In this document: positions 14,029-26,721 of the stretch, one piece after another | Position numbering within the stretch: position 1 is the first letter of the stretch | Layout: every line of letters starts with the position of its first letter | Assembly: GCA_951406725.2 (NCBI GenBank) | Contig: OX597834.1 | Span: 46,190,001 to 46,254,000 of the forward strand | DNA: 64,000 nt | DNA from: Octopus vulgaris | Lineage: Eukaryota | Direction of reading: 5' to 3' | Program-made: the position numbers and the translations under genes | The notes under the pieces: model-generated | The model's input: the letters and a program-made list of their open reading frames with translations, nothing else | The model's database searches: none | Told to the model about the DNA's origin: nothing

Positions 14029-16847
14029 ATAAACTTGGATAAACTTAGATATGTTTCGACCAGAGATTGGTCCAGGCCATGTCTAACTTAATAGCACCAC
14101 CTGATATGATTATTCGAATCCTGTTTAAGTCAAGTTTTGTTTAAGTCAAGTTTTGTTCAAGTAGTGAGTTCTTGTTGGGTGAGTTGTATCCAGTTTTGTT
14201 CAAGTAGTGAGTTCTTGTTGGGTGAGTTGTATCCAATTATGGGTGGCTTATCTGGTATTCTTTGAAGGAATCTATCCAGACTCTGTTTAAAGTTGATGCG
14301 ATCCTTTTCCTCTTTGATCTCTCTCGGGACAATGTTAAATAGGGCAGGGCCTGTTGAGGAAAAGAAATTATGTTGCAGTGTACATGTATGTTGTGATCTT
14401 GAATTGGGCAGGGGACGTATAGCCCGTGGTCCAAGTCTTGGATGAACCTTGAAGCTAATGTTTAGGTCGTTTGGGCATAGTTGGCGGTATATTTTCCACA
14501 TCGTACAAATGATGTACCGCTCACGGCGACGCTGGAGGGAGTAAAGTTTCAAGGCTTTAAGGCAATCCCAATAATCGAGAGCAGCCATGCCTTCAATTCG
14601 TTTAGTGAGTGCCCTCTGGGGTGACTCAATTCTGGAGATGTTTTGTCTTGTTTGAGGAGACCACAGAGGGCAGCAGTATTCAAGGTGTGGCCGTACAAAG
14701 GAGGAAAAAGTGGTATGATGACACCTTGTTCTCTGGACCGGAAAGTTCTTAAGATCCAGGAACTCATCCTACGAGCTATATCGACCTTCTTGTTGATGTG
14801 TGCACTCCAACTGAGATCGTCATCAACAATTACACCCAGGTCTCTGATATTGTTAGAGGCTGTGAGCGGTTCCCCTGAAGGAAGAGAGTATGGCTGTTTT
14901 AGTGAGGAGTTTCTTCCAAAATGCATCAGCTCAAATTTTCCCTCGTTCAGTTGCATTTTGTTTCTGTCTGCCCATTGACTCACAGCATATAGATCAGACT
15001 GGAGTTGAGTTCGGTCTGCTTCTTCATTGACGATTTGCTGGAGCTTGGTGTCATCAGCAAATATTTTCACTTTGCAGTAATTTACGACACTGGAAAGGTC
15101 GTTTATGTAGATTATGGGAGACACCGCTGGTGACTTTTGCTGGGCTTGAGTGGACTCCATCAACTACAACATGTTGTGTTCTATTCGCCAGGAAATACTT
15201 GATCCAGTGTAGAACTTTTCCACGGATTCCAACATTTGCCAATTTTGAGAGTAGGATATTATGGTCTACCCTGTCGAACGCTTTACTGAAGTCAAGATAT
15301 ATGACATCAGAGTCCAAACCTGTTCCCAAGGCTTTGAGTACATCTTCAATGTGGTGTAAGAGCTGTGTTAGACAGTCCCTGCCACAGCGAAAGCCATGCT
15401 GATTTGCATTTAGGAGTTTCTGGTTCTCCAGGAAGTCAGCCATCCTTGATCTTAACACTCTTTCAAACACTTTGATGATGTGGGAGGTGAGTGAGATTGG
15501 GCGATATTTGAGTGCGAGGGATCTGTTTCCCTGTTTGAAAACCGGGATGACTGACTGGGATAGAAACTGTTTCGGTATATAACCTGCATCTAACGAATTT
15601 CTCCAGAGGTTGGTCAGTGGGACTGCAAGTTGGTGTTTACATTCCTTCAGGAGACTAGCGGGGAATCTATCAGGGCCTACAGGAGAGTAGTATTTGACCT
15701 CATTTATTGCTGCTACGATGTCAGTGGGAGTGAAGGTTATGTCTGCAATTTTGTGTTGGGAGTCAACTTCGTTCGCTTCTCTTACGTCAATATCAGTGGG
15801 AACACTAAAGACAGAGCAGTATTGTTTCTGCAGTATTTCTGCCATTTCTTTAGCATCGTGTTGGGGAATGCCGTTAGCATCAATCAATGGCCCAATGGGT
15901 GAGACAGTGGTTCTATGCTTATTTGCATAGGAATAGAACACTTTTGGGTTCTGTTTGATGTTTTTGATTACCACTGTTCCTCCGCAGCTCTTTGATTTTC
16001 AATGGAGGTTTTCATGTCGTTCTGCAGATGAAGTTTTTCCAGCTCTAGCCTTTTCATTGTTGTTGAACGTGGATGTTGTTTGTGGGAATATTTTAAATGG
16101 TTGATTTTTTTGTTAAGTCTTTTGATGCGCCTGATGAGTGTTTTCTTCTTTTTAGGGAGCCGATTTCTGTTTGTGTTAGTAGATTTCGTGGGAGCGTGTT
16201 TAGAGCATGTATATGTGACAATGTTTTCAAAGTGCTGCCATGCGGTCTCAATATGGGTGGAATTGAGAGTAAAAGACCAGTCGATGAAAGACAGATCCTT
16301 TCTGATTGCTCCCCAGTCCGCTTTGTGGAAGTTTATGTTATCAAATGAGTGCCATGGATTGGGATTGGATGGTTTGGTTTTTATATGTCGGGAATTGAAA
16401 TTGCAGAGTACCATGTCGTGATCTGAGAGGAGAGTTTTTTCAACTGAAATACTGTGAACGAAGCTAGAGTGATTGGTCAATACCAGATCCAAGATCGTTT
16501 TATTCTGTCTCGTTGGTTCGAGCACAAGCTGAGTCAGGAAGTATTCATCCATCAGATTAAAGAGCAGTTCCGCTGCTGCTCTATCTGATGTAGAGCACTT
16601 GACTAACTTTAGAGTATTTGTGAGCCAGTTCACATGAGGGAGGTTAAAATCACCCATCACTAGTATGTTTCCGGAGTGGTACTTCCGAAGGAAGGACTTG
16701 ACTTTGCTAAGGCACTCTTCAAAGCACTTTAAAGGTGCTTGGGGAGGCCTGTAAAGACCAACAATGACTATGTCCTTGGCTTTGCTGAATAGTGATACAG
16801 ATTCACAATAGCCATTGGAAAATATGTCCTTGGCATCAAGTGAGGAC
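14029..16847 (-). mobile_element. CR1-clade LINE, 5'-truncated, with a disrupted ORF2 (APE endonuclease plus reverse transcriptase)
   Basis: Endonuclease motifs LYRPP, MGDFNLP, LDLVLTN, SDH; RT motifs YRPISLTS, QHGFR, YLDFSKAFDRVDH, FADDTKL, VRPHLEYCCPLWSP; frameshifts near 15972, 15118 and 14705. Confidence 0.93.
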
Positions 16848-17114
16848 ATATATATATATAGATATATGTATTTCTCTCGCACATACACTCACACACATAT
16901 ATACATTTATATATGTATAGATATACATATATATGTATGTATGTATGTTTATATATATGCTTATATAAATGTATGTATGTATGTATGTGCATATATATAC
17001 ATGTATGTATATATATATATATATATATATGTGTGTATGTATGTTTATATATGTATATACACATAGACTGACAGACAAACAGGCAGACAGACAGAAAGGC
17101 AGATAGATAGATAT

Positions 17115-17189
<75 letters not shown>

Positions 17190-17361
17190 TATTCACACAC
17201 ACGCACACAGCCAACATTGATGTGTCTGTGTGCATGTATGTGCGTTGTAGTTGAAGGCGTGTTGCTGGTGCACGTCGGTGTCTGCATCGTACACTGCAGA
17301 TTGCTGAACAGCATCGTGCACCAAGTGCCTTCTTGTTTACATCCATTTTCATCATAATGTT

Positions 17362-17500
17362 GCCACTACCACCAGCAGCACCACCGAAACCACTACCACT
17401 ACCACCACCAGCACCACCGAAACCACTACCTCTACCACCAGCAGCACCACCGAAACCACTACCACTACCACCACCCGCACCACCGAAACCACCGCCACAC
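17362..17500. repeat. 33-bp minisatellite, about 4 copies, on a (CCA)n backbone
   Basis: ccactaccaccagcagcaccaccgaaaccacta repeated. Confidence 0.85.
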
Positions 17501-17669
17501 ACCACCTACAAGTCCATCACCACTAACAAAACCACCACCACCACCACTACTACTACTACATGTGCAAATATTGCTGTTTATTGCCGGTTGCAGCAGATGC
17601 AGTAACAGCATTAGCTGCAAGCACAGTTGAGTACTATAAGTTTGTGGTAGTCACATAATTGAAGTTGCC

Positions 17670-17671
17670 GT

Positions 17672-17741
<70 letters not shown>

Positions 17742-17783
17742 CAACATCAGCAGCAGTAGCAGCAGTAATAGTAGTATTATTTA

Positions 17784-17828
<45 letters not shown>

Positions 17829-17863
17829 CAACAGTAGCAATATAGAATGGAGAAGTAGTAGTG

Positions 17864-17936
<73 letters not shown>

Positions 17937-17940
17937 AGGC
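17670..17940. repeat. (AGT)n microsatellite
   Basis: Direct tandem repeat. Confidence 0.95.
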
Positions 17941-18099
17941 AACAGTAAATAGCAGTAATAGTTGTAGTAATAGCAGTTGTTATTATTGTAGTTGCTGTGT
18001 TAGTAGAAGCAGTGGTAGCAGCTGGTCTTTGCTACTGGTTGGTCTCGTTCTTGCCTGTTATTAAAGTTGCAATAGGTTAACCACATTGTCTTCAGCGTC

Positions 18100-18480
18100 C
18101 ACCTGGAACCAGCAATTCGCACCAAACGCCGAGGCCTATTCTCAAAGAAAGTGTTATTCTTTTACGAAAATGCACGCCCACATAGAGGCGCCGAAACCAT
18201 TGAAAAATTGGGTTTCGAGATGATGAAGGATGCAGTGCAGATCTCGCCCCTTCCAATTAGCATCTCTTTAGACAGATTAAAAATCCTTTACGGAGTCATC
18301 GATTTGCACCGAACGATGAAGCGCAGGAAGCGGTACATAAATGGATGCGCAACCGTTGGATGAAATGCTTCGAAAATCAAGGAATCTATGTCGACAAATG
18401 ATGCAATTGTTCAGAATCTGCTTTTATTTTAATAAACTTCAGAATCAGGAGTGCATACAGTTGTTGACTTACCCTCGTAT
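18100..18480 (+). mobile_element. Mariner transposase 3' fragment with right end
   Basis: KRRGL..VLFFYENARPH, DLAPS*HLF..L..HRF, EAVHKW across frames; ends ttgacttaccctcgta, a mariner-like TIR plus TA. Confidence 0.8.
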
Positions 18481-18519
18481 CTTAGGATGACATTTCATAT
18501 GTTCACGGTTGTACTAGAT

Positions 18520-19252
18520 CAGTGTTCCTTAACCATTTTTTATCTACAGACCCACTTTAATTACCATTCTACTCTGGTTGACATCCGCGTGGCTCAGTAA
18601 TTAGGATGTTGGATTCATGATTGTAAGAATGTAGGTTCGATCCCTGGACCGGGCGATGTGCTGTGTCCTTCTGCAAAACACTTCATTTTACATTGCCGTT
18701 AATCTTGCCGTTTTTTATATTTTTTCTTCACCATAGCCATTCGATGCTTAAACACTGTCTTTATAGAAATTTCTTTCAGAATTCTAAATCAGTGGTCAGA
18801 AACATGTTAACCATTAGAGAAACAAACCTGACTGTTTCACGTAATGAATACATCGAAAGCAACATTTTTTCATGGACTTTTGGAATGCTACTAGCACATA
18901 CCCAGTGTACTATAATGCTTGCATGGACCTCCAGAAATCTTATATGGACGCCAGAAATATTATAATGAACCCCCGTCTCCGAAATATTATATGGTCCCCC
19001 AGAAATCTTAAATGAACCCCCAGAAATCTTAAATGAACCCCCAGAAATCTTAGATAGACTGCCCCCTCCGAAATATTATGTGGTCCTCCAGAAATCTTAT
19101 ATGGACCCCTCCCCAGAAATCTTAGATCGACCCTCCAGAAATATCATATGGTCCCTCAGAAATCTTATATGGACCCCAGAAATCTTATATAAACCACCAG
19201 AAATCTTATATGAACTGCCAGGGTTTATATGGACCATGGTTAAGAACCACTG
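18520..19252 (+). mobile_element. Non-autonomous hAT element with a nested SINE head and a subterminal array of about 20-bp units
   Basis: TIRs cagtgttccttaaccat / atggttaagaaccactg; 8-bp TSD tactagat/tattagat; ggacccccagaaatcttatat-like repeats at 18925-19235. Confidence 0.85.
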
Positions 19253-20269
19253 TATTAGATGCGGGGTGTTATAGCTATTCTTGCAATTGCTAGTAATGTA
19301 AGTTGTACTTTGAACCTGTTTCTATTGATGCAGAAGCATTTAATTCGAGGGAATATTTATCTGTTATATCTAGCATTGTTATTAGATATTACGGTTGTAC
19401 TAGATCAGTGGTCCTTAATCATTTTTTTATCTATAGACCCACTTTAATTACTATTCTACTCTGGTCGACATCCGCGTGGTTCAGTAATTAAGATGTTGGA
19501 TTCATGATGGTAACATTGTAGTTTCGATTCCTGTTATATCTAGCGTAGAGGTTGTCTCCTTGGGGAGTCATGTTTGATTTTATAGTTGCAGACGTGAAAT
19601 CACTCATTTTGTTGCCTTTGTTGCAGATGCATCTACCACCACCGACGTCGCCCTCTCTGGCGTGCAATCGTAAAAGATGCTTCCTGTTGTTAATGTTGAA
19701 GCTTTCACAGTTTCTATTATTGCAGTTATTCTTCGTGTTGCAGTTGCAGCTATCGTTGTTGACGATTCCGTTGCACAAACGCTGCATTTGGTGTCCTTGT
19801 TGTTGTTGCAGATCTTGTTGTAGTTGCTTGCTGCAATATCAGCTGTGCATTCCTGAAGTCTTCCCCTGCAGTTTGTCATGCATATCTCGTCGTTTCTTTT
19901 TACTGCACGTGCTGTTCTCGTCTTAGCTGTAACCCTTTCTGTTGTGCATTCGCTGCATTTCTGTTCACGCTCAGACTTGCAGCTACTATTGCTAATGTTG
20001 CAACCTTAGATATGCAATCTTGGTTTCCGGCCATTACTTTTACTGCAACTGCCGTTTTATATTACTGCATTGCTGATGCTGCAGTTGAAGATGTGCAATC
20101 ACTGCAGTTATCTCCTGCAACTAGTTTTGCGGCTTATGCTGTCTCTGTTACTGCATCTGTTGCTCTTGTCTCCTTCGCAGTTTCCGGCTTCCAGTTGCCA
20201 TTGAAGTCTCCTGCAATTCCTGCTGCGGCTCCCTCCATTCCATCTTTTGTTGCTGTTAAGGTCTTAGCA

Positions 20270-20348
20270 GTTGTTGTTGGTGGTGGTGGTGGTGATGTTG
20301 TGCCGGCTGTAGCAGCGGCAGCAGCAACATCAGCAGCAGCGGTAGTAA

Positions 20349-20379
<31 letters not shown>

Positions 20380-20487
20380 TGTTGTTGTTGTTTTTGCTCT
20401 TGTTGTTGTTGTTGTTATTGTAGTAGTAGTTGTTGATATTGCTGACGGTGATGGTGGTAGTGTTGTGCCAGCTGCAGCAGCATCAGC

Positions 20488-20528
<41 letters not shown>

Positions 20529-20553
20529 CAGTGGCAGCAGCAGCAGAATCAGC

Positions 20554-20601
<48 letters not shown>

Positions 20602-20749
20602 TGTTGTTGTTGTTTTTATTGTTGATATTGTTGCTGTGGTTGTTCTTGTTGTTTCACGTCTGCAATCGTTCAATTTGTGTCCTAAGGTCGGAGTTAATAT
20701 TTTCTGTTTACTGCTGCAGTTGGTTTGTTTTTTCCTTAATTGCTGTTGT

Positions 20750-20796
<47 letters not shown>

Positions 20797-20820
20797 GGTG
20801 GTGGTGGTGGTGGTGAGGTG
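20270..20820. repeat. Mixed trinucleotide repeats (GTA/GTT/GGT/GCA)
   Basis: Direct tandem repeats. Confidence 0.9.
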
Positions 20821-21199
20821 TCGTCTCCTACTTATAACAGATTTTGCGATCCAACAGTCAGGAGCAGCTGTGTCTTTTTACTGTTACATTGATAAAAAGC
20901 AACAGTCTCTACTCGCCATATCGGATGTTGCCTGACTTTGGATGCTGCAATTCCACTATCTCTGATCCTGTTGCAATTTGTGCTCTTCTTATTCATGACT
21001 TTGCAGTTTATGCTGCAGCTTTTTCTGCAATTCTTACTGTTGTTGTTGTTGTTAGTATTGTAGGTTCTGGATGCTATTGTTGCTATTAAACAGTCTTGTA
21101 ATCATTTATGGTGGTATTTCTGGACTTACTGATAATGTTGCTTCTATTGCACTTGTTATGTTGCCGCAGTCCACATGGTTATTACTTCTGATGTTTGTT

Positions 21200-21775
21200 A
21201 AGGCGGCGAGCTGGCAGAATCGTTAGCACGCCGGCCGAAATGCGTAGCCGTATTTCATCTGCCGCTATGTTCTGAGTTCAAATTCCGCCGAGGTCGACTT
21301 TGCCTTTCATCCTTTCGAGGTCGATTAAATAAGTACCAGTTACGCACCGGGGTCGATATGATCGACTTAATCCGTTTGTCTGCCCTTGTTTGTCCCCTCT
21401 GTGTTTAGCCCCTTGGGGGCAGTAAAGAAATAGGTATTTCGTCTGTCTTTACGTTCTGAGTTCGAATTCCACCGAGGTCGATTTTTCCTTTCAGGGATCA
21501 ATGAATTAAGTATCAGTTACGTACAGGAGTCGATAATCGGCTGGCACCCTCCTCCAAAAATTTCGGGCCTTATGCTTAGAGTAGAAAAGAATCGTTAGCA
21601 CGCCGGTCGAAATGCAGATCGGTATTACGTCCTTACGTTTTGAGTTCAAATTCCTCCCAGGTTCACATTGCCTTTCATCCTTTCGAGTTCGATAAAATAA
21701 GTACCAGTTAAACACTGGGGACGATGTAATCGACTTCCCCCCCACCTCAGAAATGTTTCCAAAATTTAAAATCGT
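21200..21775 (+). mobile_element. SINE family B, one full copy followed by two partial tandem copies
   Basis: aaggcggcgagctggcagaatcgttagc head; gagttcaaattcc B-box-like motif recurs three times. Confidence 0.88.
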
Positions 21776-21807
21776 TATTTCTAATATTGTTGCAAGTGTT
21801 CGGTTCT

Positions 21808-22035
21808 ACAAGGCTGGGCTAAAAAGCTGATACGCTGACCATGAAGGAGTGATGATTAAACTATGAAATTTTGCATTCATTAATTTCCACGCTTCTTAAT
21901 TAAAACCGCGTCGTTTCTTTCCAGGAAAGCTAACATCTAACTGTTTCAAAAAAGACTTCAAAAGTAACTAGTAGCGACCTCTTTTGGAAAGGGCCAAAAT
22001 ATGGCATCATGTTGTGATCAAGAACCTGCAAAAAA
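21808..22035 (+). mobile_element. Mariner-like 5' end fragment
   Basis: TIR-like start tacaaggctgggctaaaaag; translation KIWHHVVIKNLQKK resembles a mariner N-terminus. Confidence 0.5.
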
Positions 22036-22244
22036 AGAAAAAAAGAGTTTGGCTGGCAAATAGTTTTCGTTCCTGACACCACTGCAGTACTTGATATTGT
22101 TGTTAGGATTCCAATTCATTTCGTTGCTAGGGTTACAAGCGTTGTAGTTCATGTTGTTGCTATTTCGCATATGAACGCACAAGAACGTGTGTGTTTGAGT
22201 GGTGTCTGGGTAAGCATGGATGTATCTCTACTTTTAAGATGTTG

Positions 22245-22560
22245 CAGTCATTAGACTGCGGCCATGCCGGGTCAGCGCCTCGAAAGGTTTTAGTCGAACA
22301 AATATATCCCATTACTAATTCTTTTAGCTAGGTTCTTATTCTCTCGGACTCTTTGCGCGAAACGCTATGTTAAGGGGACGTAAACACACTAACACCGGTT
22401 GTCAAGAAATAGACACACTGGCATAAATATATTTATGACGAGTTTCCATCTACCAAACCCAGTAGAACACACTTGCCCAAAGTGTCATGTAGTGAGACTG
22501 AACTCGGAAACATGTGATTGGGAAGCCACGCCTGCGCCGTGTAGAATGACATGCAAATAG
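22245..22560 (-). mobile_element. SINE family A, degenerate
   Basis: cagtcattagactgcggccatgc..ggggacgtaaacacac..cacttgccc..gccacgcctgcgcc. Confidence 0.8.
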
Positions 22561-22603
22561 GTAGATTAGCTTGCTGCGTAAGACAGCAGACAGACAGACA
22601 GAC

Positions 22604-22650
<47 letters not shown>

Positions 22651-22689
22651 TAGACAGACAGACAGACAGACAAATAGACAGACAGACAT

Positions 22690-22745
<56 letters not shown>

Positions 22746-23235
22746 TAATAGCGTTGTGTTTTCAAGTGTTTCTACAAACAAAACAGATCCAAGAGCCAAT
22801 TGAACGAGACAGAGAGCCTCCGGTTCCGTGAATTTATTGTGCTTATTACCACGAGACACTTCTCAACTCTTCACACAAAGTTTTGTAGCTGAAAGCCATC
22901 CTCTGGCAGAGACAGTTCCTACTGAGAGCAGGAAATACTCTGAGAGTCGTCTATCCACACACACATATATACATAAACACGCACAAACACGCACAAACAC
23001 GCACAAACACACATACACATAGACATATATATTATTTATTTTATCTATTTTTATTTTATCTAGTTTCAGCTCACGAGCTGTGGCCATGCTGGGGCACCGC
23101 CATATATATGTATATATATGTATGCATACACATACATATATGTATATATATGTATATATATATATATATGTATAGAAATTAAATATAAATTACAAAATGG
23201 GACAAGAACGCAAAAACACACAAAGAGCGCACAAA

Positions 23236-23285
<50 letters not shown>

Positions 23286-23557
23286 CGTATATACACACAC
23301 AAAGCTAAGGGGAATAACTTAAAGGGCAAAAACAGGAATTTAGATAATTCAATTAAAAGGTTATCTGCTTTTTTCAGGTTTTTGAGCTTAAAGTAAAATT
23401 CTGATGCATTAAGAATGTATTGCGTACGCTTTTCTTACTTACAACACAAGTGTTATTTCGTGTGTCTATACGTATCTGTGTATATGTGAATGTGTCCATG
23501 TGTATGTGTGTGTGTGTGTGTGTGTGTGCATGTGTTTGTGTGTTTGTGCGTGTGTAT

Positions 23558-23620
<63 letters not shown>

Positions 23621-23659
23621 GTGTGAGTCTGCGTCTGTGTATAAATAATATATCTTTTT

Positions 23660-24015
23660 TTGCTTGCTTCAGTCATTTGACTGTGGCCATACTGGAGCAC
23701 CGCCTTTTAATCGATCAAATCGACCCTGGGTCTTACTCTTCTATCCGTCTCTTTTCGCCGAACCACTATGTTACGGGGACGTAAACACACCAGTATCGGT
23801 TTCAAGCGATGTTGAGGGGCACACACAAACATATACACACACACCGTACATTCATACATATATATATACATACATATATACGACGGGCTTCTTCCAGTTT
23901 CCGTCTACCAAATCCACTCACAAGGCTTTGGTCGGCCCGAGGCTACAGTAGAAGACACTCGCCCCAGATGTCACGCAGTAGGGCTGAACCCGGAACCATG
24001 TGGTTCGTAAGCAAT
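23660..24015 (-). mobile_element. SINE family A
   Basis: Similar to 3973-4375. Confidence 0.88.
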
Positions 24016-24276
24016 ATATATACTATTTTTATTGAAACTATATGATCTACAATATATATATTGAGAACTCCTTTCTCATTCGCTCGGTATTAATAGCAGA
24101 CACACGCACTCACACAAACACACACACACACAAACACACACACACACTGGTAGACAGTGTTCAAGAATAGAACATATCTATGTATTTATTGGCCAAAGCC
24201 CGGCGTTTATATGAGCGTAAACAAGGCATCTAGAAAATATTCCTGTACACTAAAATTGCGAATAGCTATCCGTACG

Positions 24277-24580
24277 TCGACCCCAGGACTTATTCCTTGT
24301 AAGCCTAGTAGTAATTCTATTGGTCTCTTTTGCCGAACCGCTAAGTTACGGGGACGTAAACACACCAGCATCGGTTGTCAAGCGATATAGGGGGTTGGGC
24401 AAACACAGACACATAAACATATATACACACAAATACATATGCATATATTCGACGGGCTTCTTTCAGTTTCCGTCTACCAAATCCACTCACAAGGCTTTGG
24501 TCGGCCCGAGACACTTGCCCAAGGTACCACGCAGTGGGACTGAACCCAGAACCATGTGGTTGGTAAGCAAGCTACTTTAT
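24277..24580 (-). mobile_element. SINE family A, truncated
   Basis: Similar to 4030-4350. Confidence 0.88.
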
Positions 24581-25576
24581 TTCATAAAATGTGTCTTCAT
24601 AGACAGTAGAAAGAGTGTGTAGCTTTGCGGGATGGACAAACACATTAACGAATGAAATTGAAATAGAATGAATAAATGAGAGACGAAACCCAACACCCGC
24701 CGATTGGATTTTTCTCGAAAACATACTTTCTTTTTTTAAAAATCAATATGAGGTTTCAAACCTCTTACAAGAAGGAGGCACTAAAACCTCTTACTTAACA
24801 TGTTTTTTTTTAAACACACAATTGAGGTTATAAACCACTACAAATAATACAATAGGATGAGGTTTCAAACCCTATAACGAGGGTCTTTCACCTCCTACTC
24901 ATCGATATATCCATCGATATATTCATCATTATCTTCAATGCCACTTGAGTTCCTGTATCCTGCCATTTCCCATGCCTCACTCATGTAGGACATGTACGTC
25001 GTGTAAGGGCCACCTGGCCATACGCGACACTCCTCCACAAATCCTTTAAGCCTTTCCCACAAGGGAAACCTTATGACCTCCACAGCTATCTGCGGAGGCC
25101 ATTCGGGATCCCGTGTGAGGGGCATATCTACTGTCTCTTTATCTACTGCCTTCCTCCCAGCACCTCCTTTTTCTCTACCACCCCCACCTTCGCAGCGCCA
25201 CCTGGACCGTCTCAACGCCCACGGGGGGGGGGGGGTAGCGCCCACTTTGAGAACCTATGCTATAAGACGTATTGCTTGCATTAGTCATAGTGTTGGCTAA
25301 AAGAAGTTATAGATATATTCTATTAAGCATTATAACTATGAAACGAATTGTTATTATCATACCAGTTATCTAATGGTAGATATAACTGCCGATAACTGTT
25401 ACTGTCCCGTACAGGTGGGACTTCGTGCATTACGTTGTGTTGCATCCATTTCGCAGTCTGGGTCGCGTCAGATACATCTATACATAGTGTCTTGCTAAAG
25501 ATCTTGAGTTTGGCTGATCCTGTTGTGACTTGTCCGTCGTTTTAGGAAATAAAGAATTGCTACAGTTTTCATTATT

Positions 25577-25645
25577 AAGGCGGCGGGCGAGCAGAATCGT
25601 TAGCTCGCCGGACAAAATGCTTAGCGGCGTTTAGTCCGTCTGAAT
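25577..25645 (+). mobile_element. SINE family B head
   Basis: aaggcggcgg..gcagaatcgttagctcgccggacaaaatgcttagcgg. Confidence 0.7.
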
Positions 25646-26572
25646 GTTAGATAGATAGATATTCACAGCATTACTACCACTCTGCTCTATACAGAGTAGC
25701 GATGTTCCGCTTCATTAATGATAATTTTTTTCGATTTTTACTGATAAAAACTTAATTGAATTCTACGAAATGCATTCTAGAGATTTATAAGGATTGCTTT
25801 TAAAGTTTAATTTTCACAATAGTCTCGATAATCGTGAGTGTTTCTCCTTCCCTGCTGTCTTGCAGTTTTCTTGGCATTAAGATGCTGTGTGCGTTTACTA
25901 TTTTTACAATCTCTCCAATACTATTTCGCTTTAAACTTTGGAATTAAAATCATTATGAATTAATTCAAACTTAATGAAAAACGATAAAGAAGATATAACA
26001 AAATGAAAAATAAAACTCTCGTTTATTTCTTCGGTTTGAAAATCTCGACGAAGTATTTACTTTTCTAATATTCAAATAGCAATTGAGATTTCAGTAATCT
26101 CAAGATTTCAACTTCTAAACGAAGGAGAAAAGCTACAAGCCTAAATATATCTCACGTCTGATGTTGTAAAAGTCTTCAACTAAAGAATTACAAACCACAA
26201 ATGTAAACAAAATAAATAATCTTCCTTCTAATTCAGTTAAACGAAATATGAATGGCAAGCCATATCGAATGATGAAACCCCAACAAAACAAAAACAAGCA
26301 TCGAACGTCGATTGATTTGTAAACAACTAGAAATAATGGACAGCTGTTAGTGATTTTTATTATTCTTGTTATTATTATTGCTATATTTTATTTCTCAGAG
26401 CTCTTGAATTTACTTGCTCCGGTTAATCCTGTGAGAGTGGACAGCAACTTGTTGTCAAAGGTTTCACAAGGTCTCTTTCCACGAAACTTAACACCTAAGT
26501 ACTGATATCTCAACATCTCCACTAGTCCCTCATGTCAATTTCAATTTCACTGTTATTATTATTATTATTATT

Positions 26573-26690
26573 ACTTTTTTTTTCTTCTTTCAAATTTTCT
26601 TCCATTTCTTGCCGAGTGTCTTCCCGACTCCTAGGGCAAAGAAACTCATAGTGTATATTGGTAGGCCATTAAACCAAACTCAGTAGTTCG

Positions 26691-26721
<31 letters not shown>

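Noticed and set aside
17333-17605. Proline-rich ORF (PPAAPPKPLPL repeats)
   Set aside because: A 33-bp minisatellite amid trinucleotide repeats; no splice or domain evidence
18925-19235. CRISPR-like short repeats
   Set aside because: No unique spacers; eukaryotic MITE subterminal array
20012-20935. 307-aa Val/Ala-rich ORF and the opposite-strand Thr-rich mucin-like ORF
   Set aside because: Openness is explained by GTA/GTT/GCA repeats
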